From positions 1-64,000 of the forward strand of contig JALAGF010003296.1 in the NCBI GenBank assembly GCA_030167865.1: a DNA stretch of 64,000 nucleotides, written 5' to 3'. The position numbers and the translations under genes were made by a program. Source of the DNA: Craspedostauros australis (lineage: Eukaryota). Under the pieces are notes generated by a model. That model searched no databases. It saw only the letters and a list, made by a program, of their open reading frames with translations, and had not been told where the DNA came from. Positions 56,101 to 64,000 of the stretch are shown one piece after another; position 1 is the first letter of the stretch; each line of letters starts with the position of its first letter.

Positions 56101-58347
56101 GGCGTAGGGCTTCGGAGCGGCGTGCGAGCCGCGGACGACGATGCCCACCATCGTCTGTATGAGTTTGTTCACGTTGCCTTTGGAGGTTGCTGAGATACCA
56201 GTTTCTTCGCTTGTCGACATGATCTCCATCCACGCGCAGGTCAAGGTGAGGACTTTGGAATGCTTGGCACGCAACGTCTTCGCAGATAGGCCCCCGCTGG
56301 TTTGCAAGGGTGCAAAGCCATCTGAGTTTGGACCATAGTGCTCCAACAAAGTCAAAGCGCACTGCACTGCCGCACCCTTCTTCAGCATGGCCTGCTTGTA
56401 GAAAGTGCTGTCCGCGAGCATGGTGACGCAGACGAAGGTCGTCAAACCCGCGATTACAACGTTCGGGTCCTGAACGTAGAACTCTTTGATGTGCTTGAAG
56501 AGTGTTTTGATCCAGTTGTCGCCCACGAGGATGACCGATCTCGGCGCGGACAATTGATGCTCCATGAATTTCTTGTTGAAGAGGGAGATGGCGATGGCGC
56601 ACACAGCTGGAAGGACAGCCCTGCGTTCCAGACAGGCAAAGAATTCAATGTAATCGCGGTCGTCAATGAGCAGCTTAAGTTCCACCATGGCAGGATCGTC
56701 AATGTGCTTTTGCATGCGTTGCAAATCATCGCGGTCGTCATCATCGTCGTCGAAGCTGGAACTGATGTGACCGTCGGCAATTCTGAGATGCCCTTTGCTG
56801 GGCGGATGCGACGCAGATATCCGCAGCAAAGGTTCGCGATTCTCCTTCATGACAACGCCCCTAGCGCCAGAGTCTTCGATTGCCCCATTCCGACTTCTAT
56901 CGTGTCTCGTTGACGACGAGGTGTCGTTGGAGGAGTTTGTACTTGTTGGTTTGCTCGATGCAACGTGTTGCTGTTGTTGTTGTTGCTGCTGTGTCTGTGT
57001 CGATGGTCGCACATGCGTGTGGCTGAGGAATTGATGTGCCGATTGTGTGTGCGGTTGTGATGATGCTGACGATGGAGCAGGTGTCGATGGTTGATTCTGG
57101 ATTGGGATGGCGCGCTTGGCGGATGTTGTGGGGCTGGACAGCGAATTGAGATTTGGTTGATTGGGGCTTCGACTCCTTGACCGGGCGGGGTCGCCGTTTG
57201 CGGTTGCGGTTGCCATTGAGGATGGTTCAAGCGTTGGCGGTTGCCCCGTTTTTATTTGCTTCATCATGGATGCGATATTGTCGACCGTGAGACCGTTCGT
57301 CGGCTTGCACTGGTTATACTGCGACAGGGATGGAGCTGATCTGGCCGAATGCGAGTACGCCGAGGCTTCTTTTGTGTTTGGAAGGGTCTGTGCGGACGGA
57401 AGATCGTTGGCAACGGGCAGGGCAGGTTCGGAATGCAGGAATGCCCGTGTGTGGGCCGCTGTTCGCGGTGTTAGTCGCAGGTCATCGATGCTGGTACCGG
57501 GCATTCCGCTGGAGCGGTTGCTGGGCGATGGACTTGTGATGGACGGGTACAGACTCTCGCTTGGCAGATTGGGGAAGGTGCGCTGGAGGTTGATGACCGC
57601 TTGTATGTCGGCAGCGCCGGTTCTCGTTCGGACCTTGGAACCTCGGGGCGTCATCTGCGGGTTGAATTCGTCGAGATCGCTTGAGAAGGATGCGTTGTGA
57701 TCCGAGGTGCTGGAATGGTTGGACAAGGAATTGAGGTTGTTGCTGCCCCGCCGTTTGGCATTGCTGTTGGAATTGCTGTTGGCATTGTTGTTGGCATTGC
57801 TGTTGGCATTGCTGTTGTCATTGTTGTTGGCGTTGTTGTTGGCATTGCTGTTGACATTGTTTCTACTACTGTTGCTTCTGTTGGCCCGCGTTGCCCGAGG
57901 CGACGTGACCGTGCTACGCCCAGTGGATGAGCCGCTGGATCGCTTGGACCGATGGTTGGAGGCAGATCGCTCCCCCAGAAGCACCTGGACGTGCTCCAGG
58001 GATGAAAAACACGTGGGCTGTATGCAGAATCCTTTGTACACGACGAGATCACCCTGCGGGCTATAGTCTACGTCCTTCGGCACCCACCGCACGGACATGA
58101 TCTTGCTGTGGCGCGTGTGCGTTTTTGTTTGCGCGCAGAACGGACACAGGCCATGCTTTTTTGAGTATTCGATGAGACCATCTCCCGAGAGGACATGGCC
58201 GCTGACCACGGCGGACGTATTCTGGAACGTCGCTGCGTGTTCGTAGGGCGTCATCGAGGCGGATGCGGATGACGGCGTTGACAACGACGATGACGACGTG
58301 GACGCTGGTGGTGCAAGTGAAGACGCTCCGATGGAAGATGATGACAT
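53158..58347 (-). CDS. Large armadillo/HEAT-like repeat protein with an N-terminal Cys motif
   Basis: Intronless 1729-aa ORF. Repeated ARM-like units (AMKQHRSNTSIQISACTAVANI; AMVTHIGSLEVQQHCCTLVRLL; AMKHNPDDMALQKNGCFLL) and N-terminal CPFC..H...GFCIQPTC. Confidence 0.85.
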   Translation of the reverse strand: MSSSSIGASSLAPPASTSSSSLSTPSSASASMTPYEHAATFQNTSAVVSGHVLSGDGLIEYSKKHGLCPFCAQTKTHTRHSKIMSVRWVPKDVDYSPQGDLVVYKGFCIQPTCFSSLEHVQVLLGERSASNHRSKRSSGSSTGRSTVTSPRATRANRSNSSRNNVNSNANNNANNNDNSNANSNANNNANSNSNSNAKRRGSNNLNSLSNHSSTSDHNASFSSDLDEFNPQMTPRGSKVRTRTGAADIQAVINLQRTFPNLPSESLYPSITSPSPSNRSSGMPGTSIDDLRLTPRTAAHTRAFLHSEPALPVANDLPSAQTLPNTKEASAYSHSARSAPSLSQYNQCKPTNGLTVDNIASMMKQIKTGQPPTLEPSSMATATANGDPARSRSRSPNQPNLNSLSSPTTSAKRAIPIQNQPSTPAPSSASSQPHTQSAHQFLSHTHVRPSTQTQQQQQQQQHVASSKPTSTNSSNDTSSSTRHDRSRNGAIEDSGARGVVMKENREPLLRISASHPPSKGHLRIADGHISSSFDDDDDDRDDLQRMQKHIDDPAMVELKLLIDDRDYIEFFACLERRAVLPAVCAIAISLFNKKFMEHQLSAPRSVILVGDNWIKTLFKHIKEFYVQDPNVVIAGLTTFVCVTMLADSTFYKQAMLKKGAAVQCALTLLEHYGPNSDGFAPLQTSGGLSAKTLRAKHSKVLTLTCAWMEIMSTSEETGISATSKGNVNKLIQTMVGIVVRGSHAAPKPYAVRALFHWSCQRRKSDLNTTLGQDVRNAMKDTCIGATKGQTVTVLQDIAMEYAALHEAQRNDGEDGDFNQSTFESVMGLLWRLSVPLTEQDIGNMDSKWSTMGWLRFLLAVLESQTSAAFPSFVVMEACVGLMANLSVLIQFPLDLARPYIEGITQCILTHSLNPSPQILAKHQSTNEAATTAAHPHRSVSTFSPHERLGLAGVHAICNMISSKTRRDRAWRGPGCKTVSLECIMKIWQRHPRLADLQELACLSVAYACQGNKDQETMNALVELGVLGQIKSSFDLFVAIPSQGSRLEAKEATLCAVSVLSRCHAGAVELERNELGLMLMKHLKLETKDRFKTIIQHTLRNCKDHGKEILIPMSSLPLAERLIDHFMDDVMLNCLRQYVQNGLPIADPILGPAIEGLFHCMEDQKKAASIQDEGTHIISMLCYQLPFSRWEQSIIIEGSIVSDIFLTQRLLSILGTAMKQHRSNTSIQISACTAVANILTKVETDDDPTLRRAVEPFLKQVLDVLQCHRHQNVKVDMAAVQLFWSLVVTCNPDDLRRWSVRILQSVLESMKTFESHQDMLVLCCDCLMSLQHDKDCLEVIGTADGVSLLMKLQLSQYDNIAISAAGALSAVLKLVFTSSRHIMAESEAISFLILSMTQRCDILMAQIYICSIFESILTLEDDHVKTTIGDGGGFNVICGSLENHGTDATFVGHACRCLSSMIPFLLPDTFEPMRESLGSAVKACFESHAENEDIQSLLLAVWAACCTRDLCDDGFYLRYLVEDTSGVSSIQRAMVTHIGSLEVQQHCCTLVRLLTTPSQHRATLGKMGLGQNVLNAMIVHNQAASLIREGLFAMKNLAAEQTNKEALQAINSERMLTHLLWMNFDDASVLSAGLPAMNNIAVDVVQRTISALHESVIQLVMLAMKHNPDDMALQKNGCFLLKSCTYNPINIRTMMKHKAGLIEVLKAASQQFPESCKDRAECIALKLETFQ

Positions 58348-59872
58348 TATTCCTTGCTTCCGAGGAAGTCGTAGTTGTCCAGAGCAATCTCCCGAGCTGT
58401 CCGTGTTCGAGCGGTGATACTTGTGGTAGTGGTCGCACTACTCTCTCTCTCTCTAACGCAAGCGTATAGTGTGGCACACTCGTATGATACGCTCGCAGCA
58501 AATGGACGAGTATTCGGCAACCAAACACCTCGCTTCCCTTCCCTTTCCAGCCCACCAATAGCTGAATGGTCTGCTCGTCTGCGAGCTATTGCACAAGGTG
58601 TGGAAGACGCTGGTCAGAACTGTCGTCGAATCGTTGTGGATGCACTTGTGTTGGCGTGGGTGTGGACAGGTCGTACGACCAAGGCGACTCTACCAATATC
58701 ACGATCTGCGAGTTTGGTGGTACGGATGTGGGCGTCCTCACACCAGCTTTTCTTTGTATGGTATTGCCTATCGCGGCCTTGTCTTATCTATAATAGTTTG
58801 GGACGATTGGATGCAACAGAAGAGCGGCAGAATGGCCAGCCTCCCTCTCTTGGATGATGGTGCGATTGTTGCTTCAAATGCTGTCGATGCCTTTGCCTTG
58901 CCTTGCCTTGCGTTGTGTTGCGATGAGAAGCCTTGTGTGTCTGGACGCTTGGTGCTCCCTCGCAGGTTTGGGCGGCAGCTCGCAAGCACGTATAGTTATA
59001 GTAGTAGCCTCTCTGTCAACAGCAGGGATCAGTGCCAACACTGCGATTCGGCGAATGCTAAGGGGAAGAGCTGGAGAGGATTAATGGTGTTATGATGTAT
59101 TCTATTAGAAGAGGTCGCAGAGCAGAACAAAGTCCTCCTCCCACAATGGCAGCCTCTTTGGTGCCTCGTGGTTTGCCACCGGTTGTGTTGGTGTGACTGT
59201 TCTCTTTGAGGTTTCAGTCGTTGCATTCGCCGGGTTTTCCCATTGTGGCTGTTCACGAACTGCATTCCGACGATTCGCGAGTGAGCGCGACTGGCCATCT
59301 TTAGCTCGTGCTCTGTGTGTGAGGACACCACAGACCGACCAGTCGAGTCATCGCGGGGAGCGAAGGGAAAAGCACCACGATGACAGGACGCGATCCAGTT
59401 TCACCACTGTACCAGACATCGTTGCATACTAATGCTATATTACATTATATCAGATGATATTATATGGAATATTATATATCATATGAGTATACTGGACCTA
59501 AACCAATGGTTGTTGCTCCGACAAGCTAATAGTTCGTCCGCATGCTCCCACATTCGTTACAGAACATCACATGTTGCTGATTCGTCCTGCTGACAAACCA
59601 AGCATGGTATTATACTACGAGCTACGAGTGCATGCGGCATGGTGGTAGACCACGGCTCTACCAGACGAATAGTATGCACAGGAGAAGAACAGAATACTGT
59701 CCACTCGTACGAGCACTTCGGGGCATACTCGTGTTTAAGACGAGCAGGTCGCACTCTCTCGCTCTTATTCGTTGGGCATCATGCTCGCCGTCCGTTCTAC
59801 GAGAAGGTACGCATGGTCATCCTTCACGATCCATCGTCATCCAATTCATCTTTCATTGGACTTTCACACAAC

Positions 59873-60890
59873 TTACAACTCATCATATGTAGCGTGGTGG
59901 AAGATGACGGTCTTCAAGTCGAGGGGGGCTGCTCCGGTATGTGGAATCACGTGACCATCGGGCGTGATCACGTAGTAGGTGGCGAAGTTCCAACGGATAT
60001 GAAGTGGCCCGGCCATTCTCTTCAGGTATTTGTACACGAGAGATGCGTACGGTCCGTTGACATCGACCTTCTCCATCATCATGAAATCCACCCCGTACGT
60101 ATCCGTCACGAAACTATGGATCTCTTCGTGGGTGCCCGGCTCCTGTTCTCCAAATTGGTTGCACGGGAAGGCCAGCAATCGCACCTGCCTCGACGAATCT
60201 TGCAGCGGCTTCAGATGCTCATTCCAGAGCTCCACCATTTCCTTGTAGTGCCTGTCGGTGAACCCGCACTGCGATGCCACGTTTATCACCACCGTCACGT
60301 CCCCGCGGAACTCCTCGAAATCCACCTTCACGCCGTGGATGTCGTTTGCGGACAGGTCGAAGAACGAATCGACCTGGGCAAGGATCTCCTCGTCCTTCGC
60401 AGCGTGTTCCTGCACCTCTTTGTTCGCATCCTCGTACAAATGCAGCCTGCCGCAAGATGTGGCACAGTTGTCCCGCATCCATTCGAAGTTCTGCGGGTTC
60501 CAATCGTCATCGTTGGCATCATCGTTGGCGTCGTTGCGGTGCATCCGATTAGATCAATGTCATGGAACGAATCAGCCTCGAGCCGATGCAGAGAGAGAAA
60601 GACAGCCAAACAAGTTGTGAGAGGCCTGCCAATCCGATCCATCCATGCATCAATCTCTATCCATTTCTACTCGCATCATCATCGGCACAACCTCCTCTGC
60701 ATCATCACCACTTCCGCGCAACTCTACTCTTCTCTAACCCACTGCATGAAGCACTCACTTTTTCGCACTCGCCAGAATCGGCCCAGCCTCCGCAGCTGTC
60801 ATCGGTATCCGCCTTGGCGGCATCCCCTCCAGTTGCCAACACCGCAACGCCCAGCAAGGCAGCAAACAACGCTCTCTGCGACAGATTCAT
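59873..60890 (-). CDS. ER-type Cys glutathione peroxidase with an N-terminal ShKT domain (2 exons)
   Basis: Exon 1 60890-60759 and exon 2 60490-59873 (GTGAGT...CTAAT...CGCAG) give a signal peptide and ShKT DTDDSCGGWADSGECEK|NFEWMRDNCATSCG. GPx motifs NVASQCG, LAFPCNQFGEQEPG and IRWNF; C-terminal YDEL. Confidence 0.92.
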
Positions 60891-61326
60891 GGTGGTTGTT
60901 GGAGTTGATCTGCCTTTGATTTTGTGTTGAATGATGGTCATGGCGGATTTTCGCTTTGGTCTTTTTTGGTCATCGCACCTTTCCAACGCGAACCATTCCT
61001 CGGGTGTTTTGCTCGGAATAGGATTTCCATAAAATACGCATACGCGGAATTCACTCCAATAATAAGATTCGTTCATGACTGTTTCATCGCTACTTTCCAC
61101 CTCCAATTCGCCGTCTATTTACCTTTGCACTATTTCTGCTTCTTCCTCCCAAACGACGAACGACTGTCTAGTTTTAGTTCCATAGGCGATCATAAAATAG
61201 CAGCCCAAACAAATCACGTTTGGAGACATGGATTCTTCCTCTCAACACAAACTTGCATGCATGCACGCAGACAGTTCCAAGATACAGAGTAAGTGCATAT
61301 AATATAATAGCACCTACTCTATTACA

Positions 61327-62587
61327 TCACATCATACAAGATGGAATGCACTTGCGTTTCATGGGGACCACGTACGGACATTTGCCATACATGGATTCCT
61401 CGTCCAGCAATTCCAGCGTGATGAGGGCCAGGGATTGGTACGATACCTTGTCCCATGGCAACGGTGGCTTTCGCAACCATGATTGTGATGAACATATAGT
61501 GGAGCCGGTGAAGTGCGAGATTGCAAGAGAGATTGGAAAGCAACGATGGAGAGCGAATTGTGGAACGGGGGTGCAAGTGAAGGTGAGAATAAGCAGAATG
61601 AATTGTCGCGGCTCGTTGGCTGGAACACGCTGATGTCAATTGCGTGGCTTACCGTTTTCAGGCAGAGTTCCGGTGCTTGTTTTGCTTCCAACAATCCAAC
61701 CTGTGCGGATGCATCGGCACCTCCCGCTGCTGCTGCTGCTTCTGCTGTCACCGTTGCTTCTTCGTCGAAGAGAGATCCAGCCCGAGTGATGATGTATGGA
61801 ATTGGCGAATTCTGCGCGAGGAATTGTATGACCTGGTCGTTGTCGTGGATCTTGTTCAGCATGAACTTGTACTTCGTGGGTCCTAAGATGCTCGAGATCC
61901 AGTGACGTTTGCCGGATCCGTCGGTCGACAAGCCCCCGGCCTTTGATGGATGCATGATGAATCATGTCATATCGGAGTGCATTGCACGATATGAGAGTTG
62001 CGAATTGCCAAATCATGTTGTGCAACGTAACATGTTGGACAGAAGTGAGGCGAGGTGAGTTGAATTTACTCTACTCTTGAGAGCAATTGTGTTGCTGTGC
62101 GTTGCTGGTAGTTCTGCACAGCTGCTGTTCTGATTTGTGTAGCACAGCACAGCAGAGCACAGCACAGCAGAGCCCGCAGCACCGTACTCGTGCATCACAC
62201 TGACACACCGACAAACTGACACACTGCGATGCTCACCTGGTAAATGACAACCTTTGGTTTCTCCTCCATGTGACTCAGCAACAACGTCAGCTGCTGCGCG
62301 AAGATGGTCATGCAACCGCGAGGATACTCGTCATTGGGACAGAACGCCGCGGCGATCATGCAAACCACATGCGTGGAATCCCGCAGGGTCTCTTCGACGC
62401 AGGAGGGATCCTCCAACGATCCATGCACGGTCGTGAGACGCGGGTGATGCGCCAGGGATCCGAGTTTGTCAGGGTTGCGCACCAAGACGGTTACACTGAT
62501 GTCGTCATGGTCCTGCAAGGCGCTGCGTAGGAAGCTGCGTCCCGTGCGGCCCGTGCCGCCGAACAACGCGATGCGTTTTCGGATCAT
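61327..62587 (-). CDS. NAD(P)-binding Rossmann-fold flavin/biliverdin reductase-like protein (3 exons)
   Basis: IALFGGTGRTGR, VLVRNPDKL. Exons 62587-62237, 61940-61653 and 61446-61327; the last gives VSYQSLALITLELLDEESMYGKCPYVV, typical of the family C-terminus. Confidence 0.82.
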
Positions 62588-63156
62588 TTGATGATGCTGC
62601 CGATGTTGATGTTGATTCTATTGATGTTGATGAGTGGGACCTACGTTGTGTGTGATATCTGTGTATGATCTTTGTGTATGATCCCTGTGCACAACTCTGA
62701 TTCAAGCATTGTCCGATGAATGAGTGTGGATGCCAATGAACACAGAGAGAGAGGACGCAACGCCGAGTGGTGGCAACGTTGGCGGGAACAGAAATTTGTC
62801 GAATTTTTGTCAGCAGAGAACCAACAACAAGATCGTGGCAACGAAGGCTAAGATGTCGAGAATAGAGCCTATCATCGCGCTTTCGCGTTCGCAGAACCTC
62901 CAGAGTACCTAATACTCTTGAGAGCACTCTAGGCACTCTACTCGACTCAATTCCAGCATGGCAAAAGGGTGCGTCACAGCAACTACAGCATGAATCCAAC
63001 CGTGACAGAGTGCAGGTATCACTTGAATGTCTCATTGCTTGTGGAGTATACTGATGTGCTCGCACGTCCTAGTACGGCATGCCCACAACCAAACGTCTCC
63101 ACCAATGTGGAAATTTAAAGTACCCACTCCACTCGTGCCATACTCCAACGATACCA

Positions 63157-64000
63157 TCACAGATTCCGATTCATCTTTTTGGTCTGATGCACGACGCTCT
63201 TCTCCCACAGATCGTTCGTGTACTTGGCCATGCGACGGATCAGCGCGGCATCGACGTGGATGCCGATCTCCTGCACCTGCTCCAATCGTGGGATCAACCG
63301 CCGGTCGAGGCTGTACGTGAGCACGGCGGGAACAGAGATGACGAGTTGCTTGGCCTCGTCGGGTCCGATGCAGTCCTCGTAAAATAGGTAGGTGCGTTCC
63401 AAGTTCTCCACGTTCTTGCCGCAGAGGGTGGGGTTCATGAGGATGAGAGCGCTGAGGGCGGTGTCGCCATCCAGATGCAATCGATTCTGGAGCCATTCCA
63501 GGGAGGGTTCGATCGTGTTCGTTCTGGAATAGCTGAGGATGGCCGGCGAGGTCTGCATGATCTTGCTGAGCTGCTCATCGTCGAGGTTGAGACGTTCTTG
63601 CAACCACGTGAGCTTCATCTCAATGTTTTCGTCGATGCTGTACCCCAGTACCATTGGCATACGCTTGACGAGCTTGCCGAGCTGCGCCTGATCCAATTGC
63701 AATCGTTCCTCGAGGTAGCTCAATTTGCGCTTTAGATTCTCCTCCAGACTCAGCCCCAACGCTTCGGGCATGCGCTGCACGAGCTTGCTTATCTCCGTGG
63801 TGGTGCAGCCTAGCCGTTCCTGCAGGTAATCCAAGGAAGGTCCCAGATTCTCACGATCATTAAGGCCCAGCACCCACGGAAACTTCTGGACCAGCTTGGA
63901 CAGCTGTGCGTCCGTCAATTCCAACCGCTGTTGCAGAAAGGACATGCGCGTATCGAGTGTCGTCTCGTTCCATCGAAGCACTGTGGGGACCTTCTGCAAC
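63157..64000 (-). CDS. mTERF repeat protein, C-terminal part
   Basis: ~36-aa repeats such as LSKLVQKFPWVLGL..ENLGPSLDYLQERLG and LGKLVKRMPMVLGYSIDENI, ending in PAVLTYSLDRRLIPRL. Confidence 0.9.
   Translation of the reverse strand, partial: LQKVPTVLRWNETTLDTRMSFLQQRLELTDAQLSKLVQKFPWVLGLNDRENLGPSLDYLQERLGCTTTEISKLVQRMPEALGLSLEENLKRKLSYLEERLQLDQAQLGKLVKRMPMVLGYSIDENIEMKLTWLQERLNLDDEQLSKIMQTSPAILSYSRTNTIEPSLEWLQNRLHLDGDTALSALILMNPTLCGKNVENLERTYLFYEDCIGPDEAKQLVISVPAVLTYSLDRRLIPRLEQVQEIGIHVDAALIRRMAKYTNDLWEKSVVHQTKKMNRNL

Noticed and set aside
60260-60280. Selenocysteine GPx / SECIS element
   Set aside because: The active-site codon is TGC (Cys) and there is no in-frame TGA.

Overview
Eukaryotic nuclear DNA, most likely a pennate diatom. 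The evidence is GT-AG introns of about 125-610 nt, bipartite signal-peptide plus F/W plastid-targeting motifs, a diatom-type cyclin, a diatom-type copia relic and many microsatellites. About 23 protein-coding genes can be supported: a partial Sen1-like helicase (missing from the ORF track), GT47 exostosin, TenA, CELF-like RRM protein, cyclin, two putative plastid kinase(-like) proteins, SDR, DUF3119, MiaB/CDK5RAP1, tandem U-box protein, three paralogous 'KGG' single-pass membrane proteins, a sulfotransferase-like protein, a secreted double-SET protein, histidine phosphatase, BASS transporter, an RXL-motif membrane protein, a 1729-aa ARM protein, an ER ShKT-glutathione peroxidase, an NAD(P)-binding reductase and a partial mTERF. 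The most striking non-genic structure is a ~3.7 kb unit (11723-15464) bounded by ~145-bp imperfect inverted repeats. It encloses a CpG-depleted copia remnant, and its right repeat overlaps the last codons and stop of the cyclin gene. All family assignments come from recognising motifs by eye; no searches were run.
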